A DNA stretch of 63,963 nucleotides, the filler included, from Octopus bimaculoides (taxonomy: Eukaryota), in assembly GCF_001194135.2 (NCBI RefSeq). It is 5 parts of 5 records of this genome, joined end to end, with 100 filler letters (N's around TTAATTAATTAA, not from the genome) between each part and the next. Parts side by side here need not be neighbours in the genome. Positions count along the whole stretch, not along the records: positions 1 to 28,713 come from NC_068985.1; 4 more parts are not named here. The stretch is one strand, 5' to 3'. The position numbers were made by a program, and so were the translations under genes. Under the pieces are notes generated by a model, which had not been told where the DNA came from, ran no database searches, and was given only the letters and a program-made list of their open reading frames with translations. Below, one piece after another: positions 11,448 through 25,394 of this stretch; the stretch's first letter is position 1; every line of letters begins with the position of its first letter.

Positions 11448-12514
11448 AGTCAATACACAATGAATTTATTGTTATTTAAAGAGTGAGTACATATGGTGGG
11501 GTGGGAGGCACACCCGGTAAAAACTGACCCTCTATTGATTTCGCTAATCAGTATTTAGCTGTTTGATCCACTGAATGAGCTGCACTAATTTTGAACCTGG
11601 CCAGTACAATCCATCAAATGGACTTCCAAACACATTCTATCCACCTAATTTCACTCATTCAATGTTAGAATTAACTTAAGGTAAAAGACACCTGCCTACA
11701 ATGCCACACAGTGGTATTGAAACCAGGACCTCATAATTGCAATGTGAACTTCTTTTCTCTGTCAATTCAAAATAGCTAAAACTGCATCTCAAAGACAAGA
11801 CTCTGCTTCAGAGTCCAAAAATACTTCAGCTCCAATTAGTTGACAAGTTTCAAGTAACACCCACAAACAATGGAATATTGTTTCCACGTCTGAGGGAAGG
11901 ATGTTCTTGCACAGACAAACATCTTAAACCAAATCCAGTACTGCTTTCTCCTGGGTGACTGGCAAAAACTCATTCACCAACACATTATAACTATGAACCT
12001 GCAGACACACTTCCCCCACCTCTCTCCCTCCCTACCACCACTACAATGGCATCTGCTACTTTGAGCAAGATGGTAGCTAATAACAAATCACCTCCCCTGA
12101 CACATCATCACCATTTTTTTTTCTCTCACCAACTGCAGCATCTCACTGTCCAGTTCTATTCCTACCACTAGTCAGAGCAGCAACTGACTACAGTTCCCTC
12201 TGTACCCATGTTTTTCCCTACAGACATCAATTTACAGATGTTCTAAGTGAACAACTGTAACCGTGTAGGCCTCAGCAGTCTGAAGAGACCTGCAAAGGTC
12301 ATTGGCACTACTGTCTCTTCACCCTCACTAAGCTGCCATAGAAGCCATAAATAATAGATAATATCCACATGATTGCTAGCACAATGAGAAATTTGGAATG
12401 CAATGAATGAACCAGTAAAACGAAAGGTCAATAAGAAAGCAGAGATATTAGTTGAAAAGAGAGATGTAATGAGGGAAAAATTAGAGCCTGAAATGGAATA
12501 GCTTCGGCTCTACC

Positions 12515-12519
<5 letters not shown>

Positions 12520-12590
<71 letters not shown>

Positions 12591-12860
12591 AGTGAGAGGT
12601 GGGCTGAGAAAGGGGATAAGTGAAAGAGCGGGTGAAAATGTGACACTGGGATAGAGACAAGGAAAGAGAGAGTGAGGGAAGAAGGAATGAAACTGAGGGG
12701 AGAGATATAGTCAGAGGGAGTGGGGAATAGTGAGGAGGAGTGAAATGTAGAAGAGTGAAGGAGTAAGGAAGAAGTCAGAGTGGAAAACAAGAGAGAAAGA
12801 GTATGTGTGATTATGTGAGAGAGAGGAGGAGGAGAGGGAGGGAGGGAGAGCATGCATACA
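12520..12860. repeat. (GA)n and extended polypurine tract
   Basis: Direct. Confidence 0.9.
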
Positions 12861-13991
12861 TTTGTGTGCACACATTTACACACATTCACATAAGGACATC
12901 CTCTAGTTTTCTCTGTTTCCTGCTCATTAGTTGAACACCCAGAATCCAAAAGTTGGTATCTGAGTGTAACCTGGTAACAAAGCACTACAATAGTAATCTC
13001 TTCTTTAACTTATAAATGTGCAAATACAAAATAATTCAATTGGCAATGTAGTACAAGCTAGCTCTAGACTTGAACCTAAAGCCTCGTATATACAACTGAA
13101 AACATTCTTGCTTAATATGAAAAAGCAACTCTATTTCACAGCAGAAGATAATTCTATTTAATGATTATAAACTTCTTTTTTTAATATCATTCTGCTTATT
13201 AGACTGTTTAAGACAGTTTTCATACACTTTGTTAATTTTCTTTTCTATTCTGTGATACTGTTTAGCTTCTGCACTTCGCTTCATGCATGTTATTCTTTGA
13301 ATGAGAAATACAACAAAAGGACTGTAAATTTTTTTTAAGTCATCTTCATTGTACTATAACTTGCAGTTATAGAAATTCCCTTCAGATAACTAAATTCTGA
13401 CATATTTAAATCAGCCATTTGCCTAACGCTATTTGGTTTTCGTTTGTCTTGCACCTCAAACATGTTTCCAGCCCTTTATCCATCACTGTACTGTGTTTCT
13501 GAACTCCAGTTACCTCTTAACTCCAGAATTATTTACTCAATTTGTTTATGCTACATACTTATTTGTCTGTGTCCATGTCCATTTTCCCATGTTATTGAGG
13601 CATTGCTTTACAGCCATTACTTCCACAAGCCCTTACTTGTCTTTCTTGGGTAAGGGATCTCTTATTTCCATGTGGCTTGAAGGCATAAAACAAACAGACA
13701 ATTTGTTGGCAGGAAAAGTGAAAACAACAATGCTGCATGAAACTTTGTAACTCTTGTACAAACTAGTAAACAAACACAGACATATGTATAAGTATGCACA
13801 CACACTCATGCAAACACACACACACACACACATATATGTACAAATAAAATGGTCTTCTTTCTGTTTCTATTAATCCGTATAAGGTTGCTGTAGAAGGCAT
13901 TTGCCAAAGGTACTGCAGTGGGACAGAACTTTAAACCATGTCGTTAAGAAGCAATCTGGTTAATAATCACACAGCTATGACTGTAGACACA

Positions 13992-14049
<58 letters not shown>

Positions 14050-14078
14050 CATGCATTTTTAGTCTATTCACGCTTTAA

Positions 14079-14295
14079 GCCTTTAGCATTCAGATTATTG
14101 TGTCAAATACAATATTTATTTCTTCGCATTGTTTTGAATTAATCATGCATTATCTCATAGCTTTGATATCTTGATGTGATTGTTTATTTTCAGAATGGCA
14201 TTGTAGGTCAGGTGTGAGGGGTCAGATCTGGCTGGTTTGAACATAAACCATGTAGAATATTTGAGCCAAATATGGCCAGTCTACATACTGAAGGG
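14079..14295. mobile_element. piggyBac-like MITE copy
   Basis: TTAA at 14075-14078, GCCTTTAGCATT start, ACTGAAGGG end; homologous to 8856-9544. Confidence 0.65.
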
Positions 14296-14431
14296 ATGTA
14301 TGTATGCATGGTTTTTTTTTTTTTTTTTTAGTTTAATTAATGTTCTTGAGAGAGTTCAAATCGGTTGCTAACAAAGCAACAAGATTTACTTGTTTGTTAC
14401 TTTTTATGTTTGTATGAATGTATTTATTTAA

Positions 14432-14640
14432 TCCTTTAATATTTATATTACTCTGTCAAATATAATGCTTATATTTCACAATGTTTTTAATTAATCATGC
14501 TTCATAGCTTAGACAGTTCAATGTAACTTTATATTTAGAATGACATTGTAGGGTAGGTGGGAGATATTAGATCTGGTCATTTTGAACATAAAACAGGTAG
14601 AATATATGGACCAGATTTGGGCTGTTTAAATACTAAACGG
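14432..14640. mobile_element. piggyBac-like MITE copy (second of a same-orientation pair)
   Basis: TTAA at 14428-14431 and 14641-14644; homologous to 14079-14295. Confidence 0.65.
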
Positions 14641-15175
14641 TTAAAGCATTTTGAAGGTTCATGGTCATTTTCTGTCTATTCAGCCACATAACGCCAAGAC
14701 TACAGAGAATTACAAATGTCAAAAATTGTGAGATGGACAATTCTCTTGACAGAGGAACAGAATCACCAATAGCAAGGTTTCTGGAAATAAATAAGGATTA
14801 AAACTTCAGCAAATTCTCCTCATCCACTTCAAAAGACCACCATTTCTGATTATGATTTTAGCTTGCTTTGTTTAATCTGTTACGCAAGTCAGTTTGAACA
14901 GCTATACACATTCTCTTCATGGACGATAGTTCAACAATAGGCAGAAAAATCAAATCTACATATAAACAGGACATATGCTTAATGGAATATACTGTTTACA
15001 GTCACAACTTAATCCTGACACATTATACAGATCTTTTTATAATCAGAGGGGAAAAAAAAACTCAGAGATAAGCCACTTAAATTGATATAATTGATTGAAT
15101 TTAAGTGCAAGGGTAGATGTTATGAAAAAATGTATAATGGTTTTTTGTTTCAATATAAAACTACAAAACAGTTAG

Positions 15176-15222
<47 letters not shown>

Positions 15223-17399
15223 GTAACAAAGAAAAAAAAACAAGAAGGAAGAACAAGAGAGAAAGAATAAACTATGATGAATATGATATCTGTTTAACAC
15301 TTAAGAAGTTGAAATGGAGATCTGTAACACTTTGGACGTTAGTTCTTCATCAAAAATGGAAGAGAGAAATAATGCCTGACGTGAGAAGAGAAATGAATGA
15401 GAAAAAAGAAAAGAAAAGATTTGAGGGAGAAGACACAGGCGAAAGGAGAAGGTGGGGAAACTATTCTGTAGAATGGGTCAGGAAAGGGCCAGTGTGTAGA
15501 TGCATATGCTAAGAATGTTCAGGAAGAGGGAATGGTGCATACATGTGTTGGTTAGTGGAAGCGTATATGTCAGTGTGTATGCAATTGTTTGGTAGTACAA
15601 ATGCACGTATGTAAGGCTCTGCATGTGCACGCTTCTATGCGAGAGACTAAAGGTATAAATGAAGACATGTGAAAGATGGAGCTATTTGTGTTGTGTTGTG
15701 TGTGTGTGCGCATAAAGAAAATGTATGTAAGGGTGGAAAAGCATTTTTTTTTCAGTTATGCAGCTGTTACACAGGTAAAATTATTAAAGGGAGAACTGTT
15801 ATTTAAACTAGCAAATAGAATGTAGCAAAACATTTAAAAGACTTATCTAACTTACACAAGTATGAATGAAAATGAAAAGAAAATATCAGAAATATAAGCT
15901 GAGATAAAATTGATAATACAAAGATATGTAAAATAATCATACTAACTAGGATGGATATCTATATTTAAAGACAGGCATATAAAATCACTTTTTCCTCGGT
16001 TTTATTCATTCTAGTTCGTTAGAAAACAGACAACGGAAACTTTCTACTTTATTTTGTTAAATATACCATAAGCTCTTGCTTTTTTCATTTTAATTTCATA
16101 TAGCACTTGGGATCCACTTATGGAGGCCACTAGTCAAGCATATGAAATAGCATACAAAGCTAATGTCATATTCTGTAAGACTTCAAGAAACCAGCAAAGA
16201 GCCAAAAAAATGAAATTGAGCATGAAGCAATAAAGAGAGCAAAATAAAATTCATGGAAGTATTAACAAATGAATAAATAAAACAAAATGAAAAAGCATAA
16301 TAAATATAGTGAAGTATATAAATAAGCAATAGTAATATCAATTCTACATGAATTTTGCTTTCAAAAGACCAGAACATTTTATGAAATTCTGACAAATAAA
16401 TTCCCAATTACAATTATAGCAGCTATCTAACCACTCAACATATGGCAAAGCAATTAGATTACTTAGGCAAAATTTAAGTTAAGATAAAAACTAAAGTAAA
16501 AAATATAGAGTTTGATGTTAATCCAATTCTAAAATATATCTCAAATCTTGACAAGAAAATTATACTTTCGACATCAAACTTTCAAAAATGAAAGAAATCA
16601 GAATTGATGGAGAAAATAGCGAGAGAATCTAACAAAATAATCCAACCTCAGTTAAGGACCCTGACTAGAGTAAATAATAAAGAGACAAGAGCTAAGAAAT
16701 GTACAATTCTGCATAAAATTTCTGCCTGAAGAACTGAGAAAATACAATATAAGGTCAGAGAGTGATGACCTAATGTAATACTATTTTTCTAAAATACTTT
16801 CTAACTTGTTCAAATGCCATTCAAAGGATATTTCACAAAGTAAAGTTGCAGTGATTTTATGCCACCCAAATTAATGATATTTCTTTGACCTTTACTTTCT
16901 CCTCAAAAATCAATTAAGAGTTTTGTACATGTTATATAACCAGTTGGACTGTTTAGAAATATGAATGTTCAAATTGATAAGCTGCTAAAAACTTGTAGAG
17001 ATCATTACTGAGATGTAAGCTTGACTTCATAAAAATGGTAAGTTCAAGAGGTTAGTGGGAAGATTCTGGACATTGTGACATCTCAAAGAAAGACATGAAA
17101 CAAAATTACAATAGAAACCAAAGTGTTCTCTTGCTATATCAGCCTATACATATTTAAAAACATCTGCAACAAGAAATGGTATAATGCTTTGGAATTTCTT
17201 TAACTTTCTATCGCAAACAATATCTGAATATAAATAAATGATAGCAATCAACATACAAGATGCTATCGTGAGAGAAAATGTGTGAGTGATCCTACATAGA
17301 TCGTATTTTGTTTTACTAAATTCTTCCAAACCCAAATAATTGCATTACACATATATACATATAGAAATGCACGCACACACACACACACACACACACATG

Positions 17400-17590
17400 T
17401 ACATTATCATCATCATCATTTACCGTCCACTTTCCATGCTCGCATGGGTTAGACAGTTTGAGTGGAACTGGTAAGCCAGAGAGCTGCACCACATTTAAGT
17501 CTGATTTGATATGGTTTCTATGGCTGGATGCCTTTCCTAACGCCAACCACTCCAAGAGAGTAATGGATGCTTTTTACATGCCACTAGCAA
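17400..17590 (-). mobile_element. RTE-type tail element
   Basis: (CAT)n TTTACCGTCCACTTTCCATGC..GGATGCCTTTCCTAACGCCAACCACTC. Confidence 0.8.
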
Positions 17591-17669
17591 TGGCCATGAC
17601 TATGATATGTGCATGCATGTGTGTGTGTGTGTGTATGTACATGTGTGCATGTGTGTGTGTACATGTGTG

Positions 17670-17699
<30 letters not shown>

Positions 17700-17705
<6 letters not shown>

Positions 17706-17850
17706 TCAGCTACCATCTACCTAATCAACTCATAAGGCTTTGGTCAGTTTGTGGTTATAGTAGAAGATATCTGCCCAAGCTGCCACTCTGTGGAACTGAA
17801 CCCTAAACCATGTGGTTGGGAAGCAAACTTCTTTAACTTCAAACCCATGC
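17700..17850 (-). mobile_element. tRNA/CORE-type SINE 5' half
   Basis: Reverse match to the SINE family, adjacent to (TG)n. Confidence 0.75.
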
Positions 17851-17944
17851 CTGTGTTATATATACATAGAGTTTGATAAGTGTTAATGCATGAAACTCTC
17901 AGCCCCTCAGTCACTCTATTGCTTCTGCTAAAATTCTATAGGTG

Positions 17945-18144
17945 TAGACATGGCTGTGTGGTAAGAAGCCTGCTTCTCAACCACACTGTTCCAGGTTCAA
18001 TCCTACCGCATGGCACCCTAGGCAAATGCCCTCTACCGCAACCTTAAGCCAACCAAAGCCTTGCATGAGGATCTAGTAGACAGAAACTGAAAGAAGCCTA
18101 TCATGTGTGTTTGTGTATATATACATGTATATATATATATATAT

Positions 18145-18175
<31 letters not shown>

Positions 18176-18250
18176 TCTACGTGTGTGTGTCCCTCTGCCT
18201 GTGCTTGTCTCCACCGCCCACCATCGCTCAATTATAGACAGACAGACAGA
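17945..18250 (+). mobile_element. tRNA/CORE-type SINE with internal microsatellite
   Basis: GGCTGTGTGGTAAGAAG head, GAAACTGAAAGAAGCC, (TA)/(CA), start of 3' half. Confidence 0.8.
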
Positions 18251-18374
18251 TAAATAGATTTCTTTGTTAGTCATGCATGGCCGAACACAGAAGGGACAAT
18301 ACAATGTAGAATTTTTTTTTTTTCCCCCGCAAACACCAAAAAGGGATAGAAAAACGTTTTGGAACGTGAACACA

Positions 18375-18733
18375 AGGAATTAGAGATCCTAAAATGGATT
18401 TCTGTTGAACTTGCTGCATAAATTCAGGTGTTCTGATGATTTCAGAGCATTTAGAATGTTTTCTGTGCTTTGATAATGGTGATACGTTTCCAGTCTCTAA
18501 TTCCTTACAAACTTTGTAGACGAAAGATCTGGAAACTCTTAAAAATCGAAATATTTCTAAATCGCTATGCTCAGCCTTTATAACCACAATAACAGCATGC
18601 CTCTTCATTTCTTGAGTAAGCTGAGGGTCTGCTATTATTATTATTTTCTGAAGCAAAGATTATACAGAGTTAGCAAAAAATGCAGCAATGACCCAAAAAA
18701 GGTATGTCCTCAAATACCTGATGCACCCTGTAT
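18375..18733 (-). mobile_element. maT/DD37D-like transposon 5' end with transposase N-terminus
   Basis: TACAGGGTG terminus at 18733; MKRHAVIVVIKAEHSDLEIFRFLRVSRSFVYKV HTH; related to 53000-53310. Confidence 0.65.
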
Positions 18734-18774
18734 ATACATCCATACAAACAAACAAACAATGCTGCCACGGCCAT

Positions 18775-19160
18775 CACCACCACCGGCTTCACTGTCATCA
18801 TTTGACAACTGTTCTCCATTCTAGCATGGGTTGGATGGTTTCACAGAATCTAACAAGCTGCAGATCTGGGTCAAACCCCAACGTAAGCTTTGGTATGCTT
18901 TCTCTGGACAGATGCACTTCCTGATGCCGACCCTTTTGCAATGTGTGCTGCTGTTCTTTTTATTTTGTCTTGTTTTGTTTGTTTTCTGTATCACTGCCAC
19001 TGGTAAGGTTGCCATGTAAATTGCAAGACAAGAAAAGGAAAAAGACCCCTAGATTGCATTGGGGGTGGTACAAGAAGGGGAAGTGACTTTAATCCAGATG
19101 CTGGGTGGGGGTTAAAGTATTATAAAGCACAAGTGTCTTGCTATAGAGAAGATACTTGGC
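18775..19160 (-). mobile_element. Degenerate RTE-tailed composite element
   Basis: TTCTAGCATGGGTTGGATGG tail and CACTTCCTGATGCCGACC, similar body to 21243-22090. Confidence 0.55.
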
Positions 19161-20004
19161 TATTCCACATTATATAATGGTGGAAGTCCTTTTTCTATAT
19201 TTCTGATGAAGAGCTCCGCTTGAAATGTGAAATCCTCTTTCTTTTCTTTCTTTTCCTGAGCATCCAATAACACTGTACTTATTCCACGTCCTCTCGTCGT
19301 TGTTTTTTCTTGCTTGTTCATGTTTGGATTGACAATGTGTATGTGTGTGCATATATATATGTATATACACACACACACACACACACACCACCTATCATGA
19401 AACGTTGTGGTGGTTGTTCTCAAATAGCAGAGCATCCCCCAAACCTTGTTGTATCATGGTATGTACTGGGTAGAGGGTGAGATGCATTTCAGAACCAAAA
19501 ATGAGTGATGTTTAACTAGTACACATCCTGTTTACTATCTGCTTCTACAACCCTATATCCTTTCTTCCTAACACTCTGTACTCTCCAAAACCAACTAGAC
19601 TCTTCATTATCGACTACTATTTGAATTAATTCATCCCTTACTCTTCATGTTTCTTTCTATCTATTCAAACTTTTACTTATATAAGACATTATTCTAAGAA
19701 GTTATACATCTAAATATGTTGAAAATTTATCAACAGAAAATGAATTTCTTTATAATAATTCTGTTCTTGCCATCTCATGACATAATCTGGTCATAATTTA
19801 TTTTCAAATCTAATAATACACATTCAGAATCAATATAATAATATGTTCTTGGAAACAAAGTTTAAGTCACATTGAAATAGTCTATAGTTTGTGTGTATTA
19901 TTTTGAGCAATACTTATACCAGACTCCAAAATTCAGTAAAATAGCATAGTACATACTGACAATAAATCCCATAAGCAATACAATAAAACTTAATAAACAA
20001 TATT

Positions 20005-20250
20005 CAGAGCTTCATCACTCCTGGACTGCCTCCACCACTGTCTGTTTCTGGCCAGCCCTGGCCATGTAGATTCCAGATAACAGTTGAGATCATCTCACCA
20101 TCTTGTCTTTAGTTAGCATCTTGATCTTAACCATTGTCTGGTGTCCATTCCATCACCCTGAATTGTCTATCTGTTCTCCTTCAGTTGCATGATTGGCCAG
20201 CCGATTTATATTTGTGCCTCTTGATGATTCTTACACAACTCATGATGTCC
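20005..20250 (-). mobile_element. RTE-clade LINE 3' ORF relic
   Basis: DDLNCYLESTWPGLARNRQWWRQ resembles the RTE C-terminal W.DD....W...A..R..WR pattern. Confidence 0.55.
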
Positions 20251-20329
20251 TAAATTTCTGTTCCTATTTCGGTGATTAACAGTTTTTCAGCTTTGTATTT
20301 TATGCTATGTTTCACTGAAGAATGATAAT

Positions 20330-20510
20330 CTAAAAACAGACTAAGCAACTCTACTGTGATCCCAAAATTAAAATTAACAAAAAAGTTTGAAGGTGTTTTA
20401 GTAGCAAAAGTTTGTGAAAAGTATGATGTTAAAAAGCCAACAGTTTTGGACATACACAAGGCAAAAGATAAACTCCTGACTTTTCTTTGAAATATGATGG
20501 TAATAGTTGT
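20330..20510 (+). mobile_element. Tigger/pogo HTH-psq relic
   Basis: EGVLVAKVCEKYDVKKPTVLDIHKAKDKL. Confidence 0.6.
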
Positions 20511-20514
20511 AAAT

Positions 20515-20834
20515 CATAGGTTCTCAAAGTGGACGCTACCGCCCCTTGGTGGGCGTTGGAATGGTCCAGGTGGGAGCTGGTGCCTAAGGGGGTGGGGGGT
20601 GGAGAAAAAGGAGGCATTCGGAGGAAGGCAGTGAACTGGGGGACGCCATGAATTTATCATAATATTATTATAGTATTGTATACAAATTATATAATATTAT
20701 ATTAAATATCAAATGATTCTTAGTATATATAAATTAATAAAATATAAAATATTTATTTATACATAAAAATAGGGGTTAGGGCAGTTGGGGTATTATGTGG
20801 CCATGAGGTGGCCCAAAAAGTTTGAGAACCTCTG
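20515..20834. mobile_element. hAT (Charlie-like) MITE
   Basis: TIRs CATAGGTTCTCAAAG / reverse complement CAGAGGTTCTCAAAC; 8-bp flanks only 5/8 identical. Confidence 0.7.
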
Positions 20835-21242
20835 TACTAATTCATCAAGCCATTGGTGCAAGGGGGCATAACAGAGTTGCAAAATATACAAATTTTGAGG
20901 AAGTATTAACATGTTTCATCCATTGAGCATTCTGCAGTAACATTTGTGATATAGAAAATCAAAATATTGCTACCAAACTTTCTGGGTATATGGATTTTAA
21001 GAATTCCAAAGCTAGTAATGGGTGATTATGATGATTTAAAACTGGCTATGGAATGTAGAATAATTTACCCATGGTGAAGCAAAGAGTACACCAAACAAGG
21101 ATATCAAACCATTTAGCAAGAGCTTAAACGCCTTAAGTGTGATGGGTCTCTTAATTCATTTAACCCACAGTGAGGTTTTGAAATGTTTAAAGCTGTTTCA
21201 GTTCTGATTTTTCTAGTGTCGTGTGTAAAATGGATATTCTTT

Positions 21243-22090
21243 ATCATCGTCATCATTTAATGACCATTTTCCATGCTGGAATGGATTGAATGGTTTGACA
21301 GGGGCTGACAAGCCAGAGGACTGTGCTGAGCACTACTGTCTATTTTGGCAAGGTTTCTACAGCTGGATCCCCTTCCTAATGCCAATCACTTTACAGAGTG
21401 TACTGGGTGCTTTTTATGTGGCATCAGCACCAGTGGGGTCACCAGGTAACTTGCAAGACCAGGACTCCTCAACTGAGACGGAGAATAGGATTGAGGGTGG
21501 TGGCTTTACACCTGAAGATGAGAGGGTAAAGTATGATAGAGAGAAAGAAACGGGTGTCTTGTTGTAGAGAAAGTACATGGCTATCTCATTTGGAGGAGAG
21601 AAGGAGAGAGACGTTGGTGATGAAGATGTGGTGGGCCATACCTTCAAGGTACAGAGAGGTGAAAGTAAGTGGTAATAAAGGATTCGACAGGATGAGTGGC
21701 AAGGAAATCCAGATTGCGAAAGAGGAGTGGGAGATAAAGGGGCAGGAAAGATAAATGCAGTGAGTGGTGAACATAAACAGATGTATGTATGTGTAGAGTT
21801 GCATACATGGAAGAGGTGGGTATGACAGCGATAATACAATTAGCAGTGGGGAGGACGACAGAAGAGAGAGATGACAAGGCTGGATTGAATTGCGAGAGTG
21901 AGGAATGAATGGTCATTGTACATGATGAGATGCAGTTCGGTACAATGAAGGGTGGGGTAACATGTGGGTAGAGAGTACGTTATACAACGCTTCCAGAACT
22001 TAGTTTCAGTGAGGCAGGTGTGTCTTCTCAAGAACCTCATAATGCCAAACGCTCTGGTCTATGTCATCTTCTCCATAAGGCTCAACATCC
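21243..22090 (-). mobile_element. Long RTE-tailed non-autonomous element with purine-rich body
   Basis: RTE-type tail at 21243-21420; far end carries the TTTGGCATTATG..CTTGAGAAGA module also seen at 3190 and 9170. Confidence 0.6.
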
Positions 22091-22111
22091 TGAGATTGGC
22101 TTTGCTACTTC

Positions 22112-22151
<40 letters not shown>

Positions 22152-22424
22152 CATGTGTGTCTGTATGTGCTAAATAAATATATATTTACATGAAATTTCA
22201 AGTTCAATACAAGATCACAGAGCAAGATCTTTGGGCCAATAATACAGATTTCCAGCCCTTAAGTAGAAATTCCTTTTAATTATTTTAAAAATTAATCCCC
22301 AATATAATTACCTTCCGGTATTTCTTATGATTTAATGTTTGAAAGATAGGAAATAGTATAAAGCATTATAAGTCATAAAAGTATAATGACTGACAGAATT
22401 AGTCATATGTCAAACAAAATAGCA

Positions 22425-22570
22425 TGATTGTGTGGTAAGAAGTTTGGTTCTTTATGTTTGTCTGTCCTTGTTTGTCCCCTCTTTGTAACGCCTTTAATGG
22501 CGAATTTTATGAAATAAAGAAGTTTGGTTCTCAGCCACATGGCACCTTTGGCAAGTGTCTTCTACTACAC
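22425..22570 (+). mobile_element. Interrupted tRNA/CORE-type SINE head
   Basis: TGTGTGGTAAGAAG and GGCACCTTTGGCAAGTGTCTTCTACTA; AAGAAGTTTGGTTCT duplicated around a short insert. Confidence 0.55.
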
Positions 22571-22619
22571 TTCTCATTAAAGTACATTAAACAGATTGCT
22601 TCACTCATTATAACAGACA

Positions 22620-22900
22620 AGTTCATCATCATCATTTAACCTCCATTTTCCATGCTGACATGAGTTGGACGGTTTGACAGGAGCTGGTAAGCCAGAGGGC
22701 TGCAGCAGGCTCCAATTGTCAGTTTTGGCATGGCTTCTATGGCTGGATGCCCTTCCTAATGCCAATCACTTTACAGAATATATTGGATGTCTTTTTACAT
22801 GGTACCAGCATGGGTTTTTGTTTTTGTTAATTGTTTTTTATGCAGTACCAGTAAGGATGTGTTTTACATGACACCACCACAAATACTTTTTATGTGGCAC
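22620..22900 (-). mobile_element. RTE-type tail element with short repeats
   Basis: (CAT)n TTTAACCTCCATTTTCCATGC..GGATGCCCTTCCTAATGCCAATCAC. Confidence 0.75.
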
Positions 22901-24102
22901 CAGTGAATAATTTTTAATTCCATTCATACAAAATATGTTCTCGCACAGGTGTGTGGCCACATGTGTACATATATATACATACAAATAGCTTATTGGTTGT
23001 TTCTAAACATTAGTAACAATAAGGAAGTAATATTTAACCAACCACACTAGCAGGCATCTAAAACTTGAGTAAATAACACAATCTAACTAATATACCGGAA
23101 TAAAGGATACAGCCAAAACACATAGTACTACTTAAATATTAAAACCCGAAAAATCATTCCCAGCAATGTTCACAGTGTAAAATATTGCTTCACCAACTAT
23201 GAGCCAAAAACCTTCCTCTCAATCTAAAAACATGATAATCAAAACTTGAGTCCTAAACATCATCACTATCATTTCTTCCATCCACACTTTAATGAGAGAA
23301 GTAGCACGAATGTGTCTATTCCAAGGACACTAATATCTGCAATAGAATGAAACCTTACGAACATTCCTGAAGCAATACACATGCTAGCATCTAATCAGCT
23401 CAGTTATAGCAGTTCTCTATTTTATCAAAAATGCCCTTTTCGATGAGTCTCTCTCTCTCATTAGCTGCTTGTCTTCAACAATTTTACGCAAATTTTTGTC
23501 ATCGTCTCCACCACCACCACCATCACTATCAACCTTTTTCCCATCAATTTTTCTATGATAGCAAGCAAGAGCTGGATAAGTTTGCGAAATCATCAAATTT
23601 CCTTTCTTACTTTTTTCTTCTTCTTCTTTCATTATTTTTGTTCAAACACAGTTCAATGCCTTCCTAATCACCCAACCATGAAGCGGAATGTGGTACCTAT
23701 TTTTAATAGAAATTATAGATTAAGGCAAGAGAGATACCTTGTCTAGGAAGGAACGCAATATAATGCCAGTGGCAAGGTTTGATATTTCTATATGCCCACC
23801 CAAGACTTCTCTTGCCTTTCGTCTTTTTTCTGCTTCAACTGATACTATATACAGTGCTGCCATTTTGTTGTTTTTGGAATCTTTTCTCAATTCTTACAGT
23901 CCAATCATTGTTGTTGTAAAACAAAAATATTAAAAAAAAAAAATTGGCTTTTTTTTTTTTTTAATCTTATTCAATTCTTTGTGAAGTATACTGCTCATTC
24001 TGTAATATTATCTTCATCCCAATTTTGCTCCGAGTCATCTTCTATATTTCTTCATCTTACAGTATTATCAAATAACATTCCTAAAACACATACGTGTACA
24101 CA

Positions 24103-24146
<44 letters not shown>

Positions 24147-24326
24147 CAAACTCTCACACAGAATACACTATTTAATTTTATCTCTTTCTCATTTCTAAAA
24201 TAAATGCATAATAAAAATTAATAAAAATAGGCATTTGCTTTCATTATTATTATTATTACATAACCATTTTCTTCTGGAGATTCATACACATATGCACTCA
24301 CACATTATACATATAATACACATATA

Positions 24327-24399
<73 letters not shown>

Positions 24400-24756
24400 A
24401 GATTAGTCCAGCACTAAGAAAAATCACTTTCCTACTTCCTAGAAAATAAAAACAAAGAACTCAATAGATTTAATTATCCACAGTTAGTTGTGGAGAACAT
24501 TCCATACATTTTCTAAGACTATTTAATATTTTCTGCCTTCCCTAATCTGGATGTTAGCAATTGCTTCTTGTAAGTGGAAGTCTGTTTTAGATCTCGCATT
24601 GGCACAGACACTGAGTTATACATTTCGTCTAGGTTGATATCAATTATGAACAGTAGATTAGATATACCTTGGTGTGATATTGAGTTATTTAATTTAGAGA
24701 TATGAGTTAGTTCATAAATATATGAGTATGAATTCACACAGACACACAATAATACA

Positions 24757-24818
<62 letters not shown>

Positions 24819-25155
24819 CTAACTTGTCATTCAGAGAAACAGATAAGCTGAAAATTAGGGAAGAATAATTATATAAATACATGTGGGTGTGTATCTAGAA
24901 AGAACATTCTATAGAAGACTTCAAGGCTCTAGACTAGTCATTCTTCTGTCAACCCAGGAAAAATATAAGTTTGTTTCAACTTAAAAAATTAATTCATGTG
25001 ATAATGGTTCTGAAACACAACACCTACAATCCATATACACATATACACTCAATACATACACACAATCCATACATAGACATGCAGTCCACACATAAACAAA
25101 AACAATATTACCCTCAATACATAAAAACTGCAATGCAATCCACATATACAGTCAT

Positions 25156-25218
25156 CATCATCATCATCATCATCATCATCGTTTAACGTCCGCTTTCCAT
25201 GCTAGCATGGGTTGGACG
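25156..25218 (-). mobile_element. Severely 5'-truncated RTE-type tail insertion
   Basis: (CAT)n GTTTAACGTCCGCTTTCCATGCTAGCATGGGTTGGACG identical to the 10974 copy; AGTCAT on both sides (25150-25155, 25219-25224). Confidence 0.8.
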
Positions 25219-25394
25219 AGTCATACAAAGAATTTTATTCTATTTTCCTGCCTTAGATGAGATCACTCAGTTGAGGTTTGGTGTCTAAAATCACTGGTTT
25301 TAGTACTGTTCCTTATGCAGGACTGGGATTCAGGCAACAGAAGTAACTTTCCCTAAACTAAACAATATATAAGTACATATGTGCGAGAGTTAAG

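Noticed and set aside
11790-11990. Protein-like minus-strand stretch VHSYNVLVNEF..*DVCLCKNILPSDVETIFHC
   Set aside because: In-frame stops and no convincing donor; cannot be supported as an exon
16140-17330. Possible decayed LINE in AT-rich sequence (similar impression at 31350-32070)
   Set aside because: No reverse transcriptase or endonuclease motif could be read
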